A stretch of DNA of 64,000 bases, from NCBI GenBank assembly GCA_040879385.1, contig JBBDKM010000057.1:4838-68837 (forward strand), read 5' to 3'. Positions 34,174 through 46,250 of this stretch are shown piece by piece. Made by a program: the position numbers and the translations under genes. The DNA is from Thermoanaerobaculia bacterium (lineage in GTDB: Bacteria; Acidobacteriota; Thermoanaerobaculia; UBA5066; Gp7-AA6). The notes under the pieces were generated by a model. That model was not told the DNA's origin. It worked only from the letters and a program-made list of their open reading frames with translations, and made no database searches. Numbering within the stretch: the first letter of the stretch is position 1; each line of letters begins with the position of its first letter.

Positions 34174-35809
34174 TCACTTCAATCCGCTGACGAGGTAGAG
34201 ATCAGCCAGTGTTCGCTGGTATGAGTAAACATAGGATCTGCCATCATCAGCGATGAAGAAGCTCGTGATGCCCCAAAAGCCGGCAGGGTCGGCCGGGACG
34301 ATCTGTTTCCATAGGCCCCTGTGCCCTGTCGCGACATCGAGGCGGGAGATGCTGAACGTAGTTCCAGTCCTCTCCATGAGATAGACACTACGACTGTCCG
34401 GCGTCCACTGAAGCGGCCGATCGCCCGGATACACTCCCGGGAGAAGCTTCGACTCTCCGCTTTCGACCGAGTACCGAGACAGCCTTCCATCCGGACCGTT
34501 GGCGAATACCCAAAGGCCATCCGGGGAAACAGGCTTCGATGCCCGAATCGGACGTATACCCTCGGGAGTGATCGGTCGAGGCCGGCCACCCGCAAGCTCC
34601 TTCACATAGAGGCGCAGGCCATGTCGGGGTTCTTCACCTGCCACCAGGAGGCGCCGGCCGTCGGGGAAAAACGAGGCACCGCGAAGAGTGAGTCCGTCGG
34701 GCGAAAGGGGCTTCGGCTGCCCCGATTTCGTGGGCACGAGAACGATTTGTCCGGCTGAAGCGTTCGCCCTGGAAACGACCCAGAGCCCGTCGGAAGACAA
34801 AGTGCCGCAGCCTCCGTCGAAGAGTCGGGTCGGAGCCGAGCCATCGGTTCGGCCCAGATAGAGCCGATAGTTCCCTCCGACACCGGCCCCCGACTCGTCG
34901 AAAGTGAAACTTTTCCCGTCTGAAGACAGATCGCACGCGAAGGAGTAGTCGAGCCAAGACAGATCTTTTTCTACGCTTTCGCCAGGTGCAAGACCAGTAA
35001 TTTGCATGCTCGACGTGTGCTCTCGTACGAGAACGCTTCCGTCGCCGGCAACGTCAAGAAGCGTCATGGGCGCCGGACTACGCAACAGAACGCGCTCGTT
35101 CCCCGAAAGGGACACGGCGTAGAGCGTATCTGCGATTCCTTGTCTCGACGCCGTGAACCAGACTTCCCGGCCCTCTCGGGACCAGGCGAGGCCGCTCATG
35201 CTTGTGAAGCCTGAGGCAAGCGTCTTTTTCCCACCTTTGCGATCCACCACCGCGACCGAGCCCCCGTCGTCACCGGGGTCCGGATTGTCCAGGAACGCTG
35301 CCAGATCGCCTCGCGGGGAAACCCGCGGGGAGCGAATCTCTCCTGCCGTCACGTAGAGCACGCTGCCGATGGGGTACTCCATCCGAACCGTCCCTCCCAC
35401 GTTGCGTATGACGAGGAGGCTCGATCCGTCGGCTGCCCAGTCTGCGGCCGTCCGCGATCTGTGTGGCAATCGGCAAAAGCTTCCGGGTCGCAAGCGCTCC
35501 GCCCACGATCAGCTTGCGCAGCGTCTCCCCTTCCACCCTCTCCATCGCGATGTAGGAGAGCCCGTTTTCGGACCCGATGTCGTACACCGTGACGATGTTC
35601 GGGTGGTTCAGCGCCGAGGCCGACCGCGCCTCCTTCTCGAAACGCCTGAGCCGCGAAGCGTCCGACGCCAGCTCCGAAGGCAGCACCTTGATCGCCACCT
35701 CACGCGAGAGCCGCGTGTCCCGCGCACGGTACACTTCACCCATACCGCCGGCGCCCACAGGCGCGAGCACCTCGTAGGGACCGAGACGCGTTCCGCTCGC
35801 GAGGGTCAC
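34174..35809 (-). pseudogene. Kinase-propeller paralog with large internal deletion and frameshift
   Basis: N-terminal 125 aa are intact ([31 protein letters not shown]...LPIATQIA), then an out-of-frame junction into the propeller ([19 protein letters not shown]...), with loss of the catalytic loop, DFG, TM and first blades. Track ORFs 35270..35809 and 34174..35493 are the two pieces. Confidence 0.75.
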
Positions 35810-35813
35810 GCGG

Positions 35814-38375
35814 TTACCGAATCCCGTCCAAGGCGAAGAGGTTCGATGAGTACTCGCTCATTTGGCGGACATAGGACTTCCCGTCTCTCGAGATGACGAC
35901 GGCAGAAATCCAACCACCCGGATCGGGAGAGAACTGCATCCAGGGCTTGCGCTCGCCCGTGGCAGGGTCGAGAAGAAAGACTCCCGGGAACACCGGCCTG
36001 CGAACGAAGAGCCGGCGCCCGTCCTGACTCCACTGGATGGGGAATTCCGGAAGGTGGCGAGACTCGAGTCCGCGGACCGGCTGAGGATCCCCGCCTTCGA
36101 TCGGATAGAGCGACGCCTGCTTCTTTTCATCCATCCCCACGACGAGCTTTCCGTCCGGCGAAACGACGCTGCCGCCAAAATTGGGCAGGTAGACGCCCTG
36201 CGGTGTGATCGGTCTGGGAAGTCCGTCCGAGATGTTCTGAAGGTAGATCCGCGGCTTCGCGCCGGCAGCGTTTGCCGCGAAGACGATCCTCTTCCCGTCG
36301 GGAAGCCAGTTCGCCCAGCCGACGGTGTTCAGACCTCCATTCGGAAGCCGACGGGGCTCGCCCGCCCCCGCTGGCAGCAGATCGATCTCGTCGGCGATTC
36401 CGGTCGACGTCGCGATCACCCAGTTCCCGTCCGGGGAAAGAGCGCGCGCGTAACCCCGGCCGATCAGCACCGGAGGACTCCCCGCCTCGCGGAGGTAGAT
36501 GGTCGAGCTGGTTCCATAGGATTCAATCTCGTTGAAGAGAAGGCGGCTTCCGTCAGCCGACAGGTCCACGGGTTGCGTGCCGGCTAGATGCGAGAGGTTG
36601 CGCTCGCCGGAATCGCCCCGGAGGCGTCCAGAGGCCCTGGAGCGGTTCGTCCCCTTCTCGAGCAGGACTCGACCGGTCCGAGAGATGTCGCGGATCTGGA
36701 AATCGCCCGCCAGCGATGCGAGGAGCCGATCGCGGCCGTTCGGAGTCACCGCGCGGAGCTCGGTTGCACCCCCTTCGATCTTCGCGTACCAGATTTCGTC
36801 GCCGCGCGGAGACCAGGCGAAGAAATCGCAGTCCGCCGCCTGACGAAGCCTTTTGACCTTTCCGTGATGATCGACGAGCGCCAGTCCGCCCGGTTCGATG
36901 AACGCGATCAAGTCTCCCTTCGGAGAGACGCGACAGCCGCGGATCGAGCTCCGGATCTGGGCGGAGGCCCCCCTTTCATAGAGGACCTTTCCGACCGGAA
37001 ACTCGAGACGGTGGTTTCCATCGACCGAACGCACGACGGCCAGGGTCTTCCCATCCGGCGACCAGTCTGCGTCCCACACGTTCTCGAGCAGCTTGCGTGG
37101 AGAGCCACCGGCGAGCGCCGCCTGGGCGAGCGTTCCGGGCGACGTATCTCCGCCATCCTGAAGAAATGCCATCTGCCCGCCCTTAGAGATCGAACAAATG
37201 TCCCTTGCCGGAATGCCGAGTGGCCGGGATTCGGGACTTCCAACCCGCCCCATGAAAAGTTCGTCGCCGTCTTTGCGCCACGCGGCATAGACGAAGGTCT
37301 CGCCGTCAGGGGCAAATCGGGCCGTCATGATCCCCTGCTCCTCGAAAGTCACCTGTCGGAACCGGGGAGAGTCGCCGCCCGGGGCCGGCCGTGGCCACTT
37401 CCAAACGAGCAAGGAGCCGAGGATGACCACGGCCAGGGCGAGAGAGGCGGTCAGGACTTTCTGTCTCCGGAGTCCCAAGCGACTCCGAGGCTCGCCGCGC
37501 CACGCCAGCTCGTCGGACAGATGACCAGACAAACCGACCAGATCGTTCGAGAGATCGCGCGTCGAGGCGTAGCGGCCCTCCGGCTCCTTGGCCAGGCATC
37601 GCTCCACGATCCAGCGCAGCGGCGCCGGCGCCTGCGGAGCGACCTCGGTCATCCGCGGAGGCTCCTCGTTCAAAATCGCCGACAGCGTGTCCACCGCCGT
37701 CTTCTTCTGAAACGCCCGCTTGCCCGTGACCATCTCGTAGACGATCGACCCGAAGGCGAACTGGTCCGAACGGAAGTCCACGACCTCGCCGCTCGCCTGC
37801 TCCGGAGACATGTAGCCGACCGTCCCCACGACCGTCCCCGGGCTCGTCCCCGTCTCGGTCGGAAGATGCGGCCCCTCGTCGCTGCCCGAGCCCACGTGCG
37901 TCGGTTTCGCGAGGCCGAAGTCCAGGATCTTGACCAGGCCATCTTTCGTGAGCATCAGGTTCTCGGGCTTCAAGTCCCGGTGAACGATCCCGGCTTCGTG
38001 CGCCTTGGCCAGGCCTTCCGCGATCTGCGTGGCGATCGGCAACAGTCTCTTCAGAGGGAGTGCGCCGCCCACGAGCAGCTTGCGCAGCGTCTCCCCCGTT
38101 ACCAGCTCCATCGCGATGTAGGAAACGCCGTTCTCCGACCCGATGTCGTGGACCGTGACGATGTTCGGGTGGTTCAGCGCGGAGGCCGAGCGCGCCTCCT
38201 TCTCGAAACGCTTCAGCCTCGACGCATCCGACGCCAGCTCCGAAGGCAGCACCTTGATCGCCACCTCGCGTGAGAGTCGCGTGTCCCGCGACCGATACAC
38301 CTCGCCCATGCCTCCGGCGCCGAGCGGCGAGAGCACCTCGTAAGGGCCGAGACGCGCGCCGGAAGCGAGGGTCAC
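35814..38375 (-). CDS. Ser/Thr protein kinase fused to TM segment and TolB/PD40-like beta-propeller (paralog 3)
   Basis: [62 protein letters not shown]40-like repeats. Only 5 nt from the TBDR-2 stop. Confidence 0.9.
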   Translation of the reverse strand: MTLASGARLGPYEVLSPLGAGGMGEVYRSRDTRLSREVAIKVLPSELASDASRLKRFEKEARSASALNHPNIVTVHDIGSENGVSYIAMELVTGETLRKLLVGGALPLKRLLPIATQIAEGLAKAHEAGIVHRDLKPENLMLTKDGLVKILDFGLAKPTHVGSGSDEGPHLPTETGTSPGTVVGTVGYMSPEQASGEVVDFRSDQFAFGSIVYEMVTGKRAFQKKTAVDTLSAILNEEPPRMTEVAPQAPAPLRWIVERCLAKEPEGRYASTRDLSNDLVGLSGHLSDELAWRGEPRSRLGLRRQKVLTASLALAVVILGSLLVWKWPRPAPGGDSPRFRQVTFEEQGIMTARFAPDGETFVYAAWRKDGDELFMGRVGSPESRPLGIPARDICSISKGGQMAFLQDGGDTSPGTLAQAALAGGSPRKLLENVWDADWSPDGKTLAVVRSVDGNHRLEFPVGKVLYERGASAQIRSSIRGCRVSPKGDLIAFIEPGGLALVDHHGKVKRLRQAADCDFFAWSPRGDEIWYAKIEGGATELRAVTPNGRDRLLASLAGDFQIRDISRTGRVLLEKGTNRSRASGRLRGDSGERNLSHLAGTQPVDLSADGSRLLFNEIESYGTSSTIYLREAGSPPVLIGRGYARALSPDGNWVIATSTGIADEIDLLPAGAGEPRRLPNGGLNTVGWANWLPDGKRIVFAANAAGAKPRIYLQNISDGLPRPITPQGVYLPNFGGSVVSPDGKLVVGMDEKKQASLYPIEGGDPQPVRGLESRHLPEFPIQWSQDGRRLFVRRPVFPGVFLLDPATGERKPWMQFSPDPGGWISAVVISRDGKSYVRQMSEYSSNLFALDGIR

Positions 38376-38379
38376 GCTG

Positions 38380-41331
38380 TCAAGGACTCAGAAAGAGACG
38401 CGAACGGCCGCGCGAAAGAGGCCGCGGGTCCGAGCGACCGGTGACCTCCCCGTACACCACGTTGTCCTGCGCCTGATTGGGATCGTGGATCGTCGCGGGA
38501 TATCCCGCTGGCTGACTGACGGTCCACTCGTCGTTTCGGAAAGTCGCGATCTGCTTGTCGAAGACGTTGAAGAGGTATGCCTGGAGTGTCACGGTCGCAG
38601 GGCCGACGACGACCGGGTACGAGAGCGTGAGGTTGGTCCCCCACAGCGTCGGCAGCCGCCCCGCCGAGCCGCGCGGATCGAGGTAGATGACCGAGCCGTA
38701 GAATTCGTTCAGGTAGCCAGTTCGGTTGAGCGGCGCACCCGACTCGGCAAACGCCTGGAGGCCGATGGAGAGGCGCCACGGCGTTACCCAGTAGCCGTCC
38801 AGCCGGAAGCGGTGAGGTCGGTCGAGGGCGAGAATCCCGTATGCGTTGTGCGACATCTCGGGATAGTCGAAGTCGGCGTTGATGCCGGGCCAGGTCTATC
38901 CATAGGGGCCCTGGTTGACGCCGCCGTCGTAGTTCCCCCGCAAGGACGAGTAGACGTAGCTCGCCTGGAGCCAGAGGCTCGTGCCGATCGACTTGCGCGC
39001 GAGGAGCTCGAGGCCCCGATAGATACGGCTGACCGAAGGGACGGCGGGGCCTGTTGAGGAGCACTGACGCCAGTCGAAATCGAGCCCGTTACACGTCGGA
39101 ATGTCTCCACTGGCGATATCGCCGCTCGAGCCGGGATTCACCAGGCCGCATTGGCTGAAGTTGGTTTCGGGGAAGCTGTAATCGAGATCACAGCGATCCT
39201 CGAGGACGTTGCGTAGGGTGCGGTAGGTCCCCTTCAATCCGACCGTCAGCGTAGGCCCGAGCATCCTTCCCACACCCGCCGTGAGCTCGTCCTGGTACCA
39301 CCCCCGAGCACCGGAGTCCACGGCGTCCCCGAAGGCGCCGCCGCCACCCAGGGCTTCTTCGTGTCCGATCACGTTCTCGTCCTGCGTCACGCTGACAGGG
39401 TCGAAGTTGTAGGTCCTGAAAAACGTTCCCATCCCGAACACCAGCACCGCCGCGACGGTCGGCAGGGCGTAGGAAAAGCGACCGGCAAAAGCGTAGAGCT
39501 TCGTCTCGCCGTTTCGCCAGGGGTCCCAGACGACGCCCAAACGGGGCTGCCACTGGTCGCCGAAGCTCAGGACGGTCTGACCCGCGTAGTTGCGTGTCTG
39601 CTCGCCGTCCCACCGCAGGCCCAGGTTGACTGTCAGACCCGGCGCGGCCTTCCATGAGTCCTGCAGGTAGACGCCGTAGTCCAGAACCCGCGCGCCGAGC
39701 GGACGGCCCGGAACCACCGTTGGGTCGTCGGGACTCACTGCGTAGAAGGAATGTTCGTAGTAGAGCTGGCCGCGCTCGTTTCGGATTCTGACGCGCTGGC
39801 CGCCCGTGAAGAAGTTCAACGCGGTTGTTCGACCGTTCTGATAGTCGCCGCCCAACTTGATCTCGTGGTCGTCCGCGTAGAGCGTGAGCCCGGCGGCGTA
39901 CTGTTGACGTTCCGACGTGCTGTGGTCGTCGACGCCGAAGATCCGGCCGTATCCTCCCGTGATCGAGTTAGGCTCGAACGGAAGGGCGCATGGATCGTCG
40001 GGCGTGCCGCCGGCGCATGTCTGGTCTTCATACCGGATGCCGTCCGGAGGTGTGAGGGCGTTCTCGTTTTTGTGGTACGAGCCCTGGAGCGTCGCGATCG
40101 CCCGGGAGCCGTAGAGCTGCGTGGCGCGAACGCCGAAATCGGTGCCGCCCTGAAACCGCTCGGAGTACCAGGTCGAAGGGTCGGGACTCACGGGCGGCGT
40201 CGCCTCGCCAACACCCAGGCCCTGCCGCGGATCGGCGCCCGCCGCACCCGAGCTCTTTGTCGGGTCGGCGAACACCGTGCCGACGATCGTCGTCGAGCTC
40301 GCCGCGTTCCAGGTCAGCTTCCCGGAGTAGAGGTTGTTCGTCGCATCGAGGGGGAACCGATCCTCCGTCGAAACGTAGGTCGACGATTGCAGCCGCGACA
40401 GCTCACTCTGGATCGTGACACGGTTGTAGGCGCCGAAGAACCACAGTCTGTCCTTGAGAAGGAAGCCGCCCAGGTCGACGCCGTAATCGAATCGCTCGCC
40501 GTCGGCGAGACGCATCTCGGCGATGCCCGAGTCTCCTGGCTTGAGCTCTCTCTCGGCCGCAGTCGACGTCGAGTCGTAGTAGAGAAAGCCGTCGCCGTGA
40601 AACGTGTTGCCTCCCGACTTCGTGATCACGTTGATGACGCCGCCGAGCGCCCGGCACTCGGCCTGGTAGCCTCCTGTCTTGACCTCGACCTCCTGCACGA
40701 ACTCGTTGTTGATCGCCTTGCCCTGAACTCCCTTGAAGACGTTCGTCGTGTTGACGCCGTCGATGATCCACTGGTTCTCGGCGGAGGTCGCGCCGTAAAC
40801 GGTCAACGCCAGCGAGCGGCCCTCCGTGGTGCCGCGATCGGTCGAGACACCGGGGTTCGACTTCACGATGTCTGCGTAGTTGCGGGCCGTCGGCAAATGC
40901 GAGATCACGCCGCTCGTGTAGTTCGTGCCGGTCGTGGTCGAAGTCGAGTCGATCAACGGAGCCTCTCCCGTCACCGCGATCTGCTCTTCCAGCGCGGGCT
41001 CGAACACCAAGTCGGCGCTCGATGTCGCGTCGAGCGAGACGGTGGCCGACTTCTCGGCGGGACGGAACCCGGGAAGGGCCGCGCGAACCCCGTAAATTCC
41101 CGGCGGAAGGGCCGGGAATCGGAACCGGCCCTCGCTGTCTGTCGCCCCGACGCGCACGCCCTGGAGACTTGCGCTCGACGCCTGCACCGAGACGCCGGGA
41201 AGCGCGCCTCCGGCAGTGTCCCTCACGACTCCCTCGATCAGCCCTGTCGTCTGCGCGACGGCTAAGCTGCAAACGAGCAAGCCGCAGAAAGACAAGCGGA
41301 GCGACGCCGAGAACCTCGGCCTGATTGGCAT
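38380..41331 (-). pseudogene. TonB-dependent receptor-like OMP (CarbopepD_reg type) interrupted by a single in-frame TAG
   Basis: Track ORFs 38896..41331 and 38380..38856 are in the same frame (516 nt apart), separated by one amber codon: ...GNYDGGVNQGPYG * TWPGINADFDYPEMSHNAYGIL... The whole protein is collinear with the 30039..32981 receptor. Could instead be a sequencing error. Confidence 0.7.
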
Positions 41332-41541
41332 GGGAGTAACCCCCCAGTTGAGCCATTCTCATGCCGGCGCGTTGCGGAGATCAAGAACGATCCGGGATCG
41401 GCGGTCGCGACTCACGAGAATTGGTCGGCGGAAACGCAGAATTCTGGATTTAGGGAATGACGATTTTGTAAGGGTTTCTGTGAAAGATCCTCAGAATGTG
41501 CACGTTAGATGAGATTCAAGAGTCGAGTATCGTCAGTCACA

Positions 41542-41727
41542 TCACCGAAGCCCTTCGACCAGGTAGAGGTCCGAAGTGCACCGCATGAGGCTGTAGGCGT
41601 ATGAGCGGCCGTCGGGCGTAATGCGGACTCGGGAGTCGCGCGCACGGTACACCTCGCCCATCCCGCCGGCGCCAAGCGGGCCGAGCACCTCGTACGGGCC
41701 AAGCCGCGTACCAGCCGGAAGTGGCAT
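41542..41727 (-). pseudogene. 61-aa in-frame N-terminus/C-terminus fusion relic of a kinase-propeller gene
   Basis: [33 protein letters not shown] fused directly to [28 protein letters not shown]. About 2.4 kb of kinase and propeller is missing between them. Confidence 0.6.
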
Positions 41728-41761
41728 CGAAAATCTGGCGAGATCCTATCTCGCCGCGCGG

Positions 41762-43981
41762 CTACAGGACGTCGGCGGCTTCGATTGCGCGGGCGAAGGC
41801 GGTGCGCCAGAGCTCCGTCAGCGAGGCGACGGGCTCGTCGATCAGCGGCCGGCTGCGCACGTCGATGCGGAGACGGTCGCCGCCGACCCAGCCGGCGGCG
41901 GAGAACGGCACGCGCTTTTCGGCCGCGGCGGCGCAGACGGCGGTCTCGTGCTCGGGGGCGAAGGAGATAACGGCGCGGCCGGTCGTCTCCCCGAAGAGCA
42001 GCGCGCTGTGCCGCGCGGCGCCGTCGAGGGAGATCGTCGCTCCGATCTCAGCCTGCATCGCGGACTCGGCGAAGGCCACCGCGAGGCCGCCGTCGGAGAC
42101 GTCGTGCGCGGAGGCCAGGAGCCCCCCTTCGGCCAGGGTCGCGAGCAAGTCGACGAGGCGCTTCTCGTGCTCGAGATCCAGCTCCGGGCACGGGCCCTCG
42201 TCGCGGCCGCGGATCGTGCGGAGGAACTCCGAGGCGCCGAGCTCGTCGCGCGTCTGGCCGAGGAGCGCGACGAGGTCGCCCGAGCGGCGGAACGGGACGC
42301 GCACGTGTTTGGAGACGTCTTCCAGAAGGCCGACCATGCCCACGGTGGGAGTCGGAGGGATCGCGCGGCCGTCGGTCTCGTTGTAAAAAGAGACGTTGCC
42401 CGAAACTACCGGCGCGTCGAGTGCGCGGCAGGCGTCCGCGATCCCGCGGACCGCGGCCTCGAACTGGGCCATGACCTCGGGCTTCTCGGGGCTGCCGAAG
42501 TTCAGGCAGTCGGTGATGGCGAGCGGCCGCGCCCCGGTGCAGGCAATCGAGCGCGCGGCCTCGGCGACGGCGATCGCGCCCCCGCGGTAGGGGTCGGCCA
42601 TGCAGAAGAAGGGGTTCACGTCGCTCTTCATCGCGATGCCCTTCGTCGTGCCCTTCACGCGGATGACCGCGGCGTCGCCGCCCGGGCGCTGGACGGTGTT
42701 GGTCTGCACCATGTGGTCGTACTGCGTCCAGATCCAGGACTTCTCGGCGATGTTGGGCGAGGCGAGAAGACGGCGCAGGGTCTCGCCGTAGTCCGCGGGC
42801 TCTGGCTCGCTCTGCCAGAGAAACGGCCCGGAGGCCGGCGCGAGTGCGGCCCGCGGCCGGTCGTAAACCGGGGCGCGATCCGCCAGCGGCGCCGCGGGCA
42901 GGTCCGCGACGATCCGGCCCTCGAAGAAGAGAACGACCCTTCCTGAGTCGGTGACGCGGCCGATCTCGACCGCGTCGAGCTCCCACTTGTGGAAGATGGC
43001 GAGGACTTCGTCGAGTCGGTCGCGGCGGGAGACGAGGAGCATGCGCTCCTGCGACTCGGAGAGCATGATTTCGTACGGCGTCATCCCGGTCTCGCGCACG
43101 GGCACCTTCGAGAGGTCGAGCTCGACGCCGCTGCCCGCGCGCCCGGCCATCTCGAAGGTGGAGGACGTCAGCCCCGCCGCGCCCATGTCCTGGATGCCGA
43201 CGACGGCATCCGTCTGGAAGAGCTCCAGGCAGGCCTCGAGCAGGAGCTTCTCGGTGAAGGGGTCGCCGACCTGCACCGTCGGGCGCTTCTGCTTCGCCTC
43301 GTCGGCGGCGAACTCCTCGGAGGCCATGGTCGCGCCGTGAATGCCGTCGCGCCCCGTCTTCGAACCGACGTAGACGACAGGGTTGCCCGCGCCCTCGGCC
43401 CGCCCGAGGAAGATGCGGTCGGCGGCGACGAGGCCGAGGTTCATGACGTTGACGAGGATGTTGCCGTCGTAGCCCTTGTGGAACGTCGCCTCGCCGCCGA
43501 GCGTCGGGATGCCGATGCAGTTGCCGTAGCCCGCGATCCCGCGCACGACGCCGTCGACCAGGTGCTTCATACGCGGCGCGTCGAGGCGCCCGAAGCGCAG
43601 CGAGTTCAGCGATGCCATCGGTCGGGCGCCCATCGTGAAGACGTCGCGCAGGATCCCGCCCACGCCCGTGGCCGCGCCCTGGTAGGGCTCGATGAAGGAG
43701 GGATGGTTGTGCGACTCCATCTTGAAGACGACCGCGAGGCCGCCGCCGATGTCCACGACGCCGGCGTTCTCGCCGGGCCCCTGGATGACGCGCGGCCCTG
43801 TCGTCGGGAAATTCTTCAGGTGCACGCGCGAGGACTTGTAGGAGCAGTGCTCGCTCCACATCGCCGAGAAGATGCCGAGCTCAACGAGGTTCGGTTCGCG
43901 GCCGAGGATCTCGAGGATCCTGGCGTACTCCTCTTCCGAGAGGTTGTGCTCGCGGACGAGATCCGCGGTGATCGCGGTCAC
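41762..43981 (-). CDS. purL: Phosphoribosylformylglycinamidine synthase subunit II
   Basis: GTG start [25 protein letters not shown]-synthase-related domains ([28 protein letters not shown]). About 739 aa. The 859-aa track ORF is an over-extension. Confidence 0.95.
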   Translation of the reverse strand: MTAITADLVREHNLSEEEYARILEILGREPNLVELGIFSAMWSEHCSYKSSRVHLKNFPTTGPRVIQGPGENAGVVDIGGGLAVVFKMESHNHPSFIEPYQGAATGVGGILRDVFTMGARPMASLNSLRFGRLDAPRMKHLVDGVVRGIAGYGNCIGIPTLGGEATFHKGYDGNILVNVMNLGLVAADRIFLGRAEGAGNPVVYVGSKTGRDGIHGATMASEEFAADEAKQKRPTVQVGDPFTEKLLLEACLELFQTDAVVGIQDMGAAGLTSSTFEMAGRAGSGVELDLSKVPVRETGMTPYEIMLSESQERMLLVSRRDRLDEVLAIFHKWELDAVEIGRVTDSGRVVLFFEGRIVADLPAAPLADRAPVYDRPRAALAPASGPFLWQSEPEPADYGETLRRLLASPNIAEKSWIWTQYDHMVQTNTVQRPGGDAAVIRVKGTTKGIAMKSDVNPFFCMADPYRGGAIAVAEAARSIACTGARPLAITDCLNFGSPEKPEVMAQFEAAVRGIADACRALDAPVVSGNVSFYNETDGRAIPPTPTVGMVGLLEDVSKHVRVPFRRSGDLVALLGQTRDELGASEFLRTIRGRDEGPCPELDLEHEKRLVDLLATLAEGGLLASAHDVSDGGLAVAFAESAMQAEIGATISLDGAARHSALLFGETTGRAVISFAPEHETAVCAAAAEKRVPFSAAGWVGGDRLRIDVRSRPLIDEPVASLTELWRTAFARAIEAADVL

Positions 43982-44673
43982 TGCGCCGCCAGCGCCGCCA
44001 CCGCGGACTCGAACATGCGGATCCCCATCGCGTTGCCGAGGAGGCCCTCCGAGCAGCGGTCCGGATGCGGCATGAGCCCCACGACGTTGCCCTCGCGGCT
44101 GCAGATGCCGGCGATGTTGCGGGCGGCGCCGTTGGGGTTCGCGGCGTCCACGATGCGCCCCTCCGGGTCGCAATAGCGGAAAACGACCCGCCCTTCCCGC
44201 TCGAGCGCGTCGAGCACCTCCGGGGGAGCCGTGTAGTTGCCCTCCATGTGCCCAATCGGCATCTTGACGACGCTCCCCTTCTCGTACAGCGACGTGAACG
44301 GCGTCGCGGCGTTCTCGACTCTCATGTGCACGTCGCCGCACACGTAGCGGAGGCCGCGGTTGATCTGCATCGCGCCGGGCAGGAGGCCCGCCTCGAGCAG
44401 CACCTGGAAGCCGTTGCAGATCCCGAGCACCGCGCCGCCCTTTCGGGCGAACAAGGCCACGCTCTCCATCACGGGCGAGAAGCGGGCGAGCGCTCCGGCG
44501 CGGAGGTAGTCGCCGTACGCGAAGCCGCCGGGAAGGATGACCGCGTCGGCGCCCTTGAGATCCGTGTCGTGGTGCCAGATGTACTCGGCCTCGCAGCCGA
44601 GGAGGTCTTTCGCGATGTGGTGGCAGTCGGCGTCGCAGTTGGAGCCGGGGAAAACCACGATCCCGAACTTCAT
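43978..44673 (-). CDS. purQ: Phosphoribosylformylglycinamidine synthase subunit I (glutaminase)
   Basis: [16 protein letters not shown]. Catalytic [10 protein letters not shown] and MPHPDR. Overlaps purL (GTGA) and purS (ATGA). Confidence 0.95.
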   Translation of the reverse strand: MKFGIVVFPGSNCDADCHHIAKDLLGCEAEYIWHHDTDLKGADAVILPGGFAYGDYLRAGALARFSPVMESVALFARKGGAVLGICNGFQVLLEAGLLPGAMQINRGLRYVCGDVHMRVENAATPFTSLYEKGSVVKMPIGHMEGNYTAPPEVLDALEREGRVVFRYCDPEGRIVDAANPNGAARNIAGICSREGNVVGLMPHPDRCSEGLLGNAMGIRMFESAVAALAAQ

Positions 44674-44913
44674 TGCACGACCTTGACGTCGAACCCTTCG
44701 ATCACGGTGTTGGCGAGGAGCTCCTCGGCCATCTTCCTCGCGTCGGCCTCGACAGCCTTCGGGTCGCTTCCCGCGACGTCGAGGAAGAAGATCTTGCCCG
44801 CGCGCACGTCGCGCACGGCGCCATGTCCCAGACGGCCGAGCGCGGCGGCGATCGCCTTGCCCTGCGGGTCGAGAACGCCCTCGCGAGGAAAGACCCGGAC
44901 CTCCACCTTCATG
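44670..44913 (-). CDS. purS: Phosphoribosylformylglycinamidine synthase subunit PurS
   Basis: 81 aa. [29 protein letters not shown] is the typical PurS fold signature. Confidence 0.9.
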
Positions 44914-45676
44914 CGTCGAATGCCTCCAGGCCCTTGATCTGGTCCGCGATGTCGAATGGAACGTCGAACCCGGAGCGTTCGAGGGCCCGCGCGAGCACGG
45001 CCCGCACGAGCTCCGGAGTGTTGTTGGTTCGGGAGAGGTGCGTCGCGATGACGCGCCGGAGCCGCGGGCCCGCCGCGCGCCGGATCGCATCGGCCGACTG
45101 GACGTTCGAGAGGTGCCCGTAGCCGCCCGAGATGCGCTTCTTGAGAGGCCAGGTGTACGGGCCGTCCCGGAGCATGTCCTCGTCGTGGTTCATCTCGACG
45201 AGCAGCGTCGTCGCCGCGCGCAGGAAGTCCACGAAGTCCGCCTCGGCGCGCCCGAGGTCCGACGCGATCACGAGACGCGCGCCGTCGGACTCGAACGCGT
45301 ACGCCACGGACTCCGCCGCGTCGTGCGGTGTGGCGAAGGCGCGAAAACCGAGCTCGCCCACGCGGTCGTCCCGCCCCGGGGTGATGCGCACGAAGGGCGT
45401 GAACAGGTCGCCTTCGAACCCGATCGCCGAAGCGGTTCCCACCGTCGTGAAAATCGGGCAGTTCCAGCGCCGCGCGAAGACGGGAGCGCCGCTCGAGTGG
45501 TCGTTGTGCTCGTGCGTCAGGAAGAGAGCCGCGATCGACTCCGCCGGGATCCCCCGGGCTTCCATCCGCCGCTCGATCTCCCGGGCCGAGAGACCCGCGT
45601 CGACGAGGACTCGGGTCCGCCCCGACTCGACGACACACGCGTTGCCGCCGGAGCCGGAAGCGAGGACGATGACCCG
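44909..45676 (-). CDS. MBL-fold metallo-hydrolase
   Basis: [13 protein letters not shown] (HxHxDH) and downstream His/Asp ligands. Start probably GTG ~45676 ([14 protein letters not shown]). Confidence 0.75.
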   Translation of the reverse strand, partial: RVIVLASGSGGNACVVESGRTRVLVDAGLSAREIERRMEARGIPAESIAALFLTHEHNDHSSGAPVFARRWNCPIFTTVGTASAIGFEGDLFTPFVRITPGRDDRVGELGFRAFATPHDAAESVAYAFESDGARLVIASDLGRAEADFVDFLRAATTLLVEMNHDEDMLRDGPYTWPLKKRISGGYGHLSNVQSADAIRRAAGPRLRRVIATHLSRTNNTPELVRAVLARALERSGFDVPFDIADQIKGLEAFDA

Positions 45677-45710
45677 CACGTTTGAAACTGTACCAGAAAC
45701 GCGGCGCGAC

Positions 45711-46163
45711 TCAGCGCTTCCCGGTCGAGCCGAAGCCGCCCGCATCGCGCGAGGTCGGCGGAAGTTCTTCGACCGTTTCGAGTTTCGCGCGCGCGACGGG
45801 CGCGAGGATGAGCTGGGCGATGCGCTCTCCGCGCGCGATCGTGACCGGCTCGGCGCCGAGGTTGGCGAGAATCACGCCGATCTCGCCCCGATAATCGCTG
45901 TCGATGGTGCCGGGGCCGTTCAGGAGCGAGAGGCCGTGGCGCAGAGCCAGGCCGCTGCGCATCCGGACCTGGCCTTCGTAGCCCTCGGGGATCGCGACCG
46001 CGAGCCCCGTCGGAACGAGCGCGCGCCCGCCCGGCAGAATCGTCAGGGACTGCGACACGGCCGCGCGCAGGTCGCAGCCGGCCGCGCCCGGCGTGGCATA
46101 GGACGGCAGCTCGAGACCCTCCCCGTGGGGCAGCACCGCGACGGGCACCACGAGATCCGCCAT
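45711..46163 (-). CDS. dut: dUTP diphosphatase
   Basis: [27 protein letters not shown] are Dut motifs. 150 aa from internal ATG (MADLVV...). Confidence 0.9.
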   Translation of the reverse strand: MADLVVPVAVLPHGEGLELPSYATPGAAGCDLRAAVSQSLTILPGGRALVPTGLAVAIPEGYEGQVRMRSGLALRHGLSLLNGPGTIDSDYRGEIGVILANLGAEPVTIARGERIAQLILAPVARAKLETVEELPPTSRDAGGFGSTGKR

Positions 46164-46250
46164 CGGTCGTATTGAATCAGAGTGCCGCGGCCGAAAGATA
46201 CGGCCTGGATTCTTTCCATCCCGATGGACAAAGTCCGGACCTGACCCCAT

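Noticed and set aside
41340-41540. Lower-GC ~200-nt leader upstream of TBDR-2 considered as a possible riboswitch (for example cobalamin)
   Set aside because: No B12-box or other recognisable riboswitch core was seen. Probably just the promoter and UTR.
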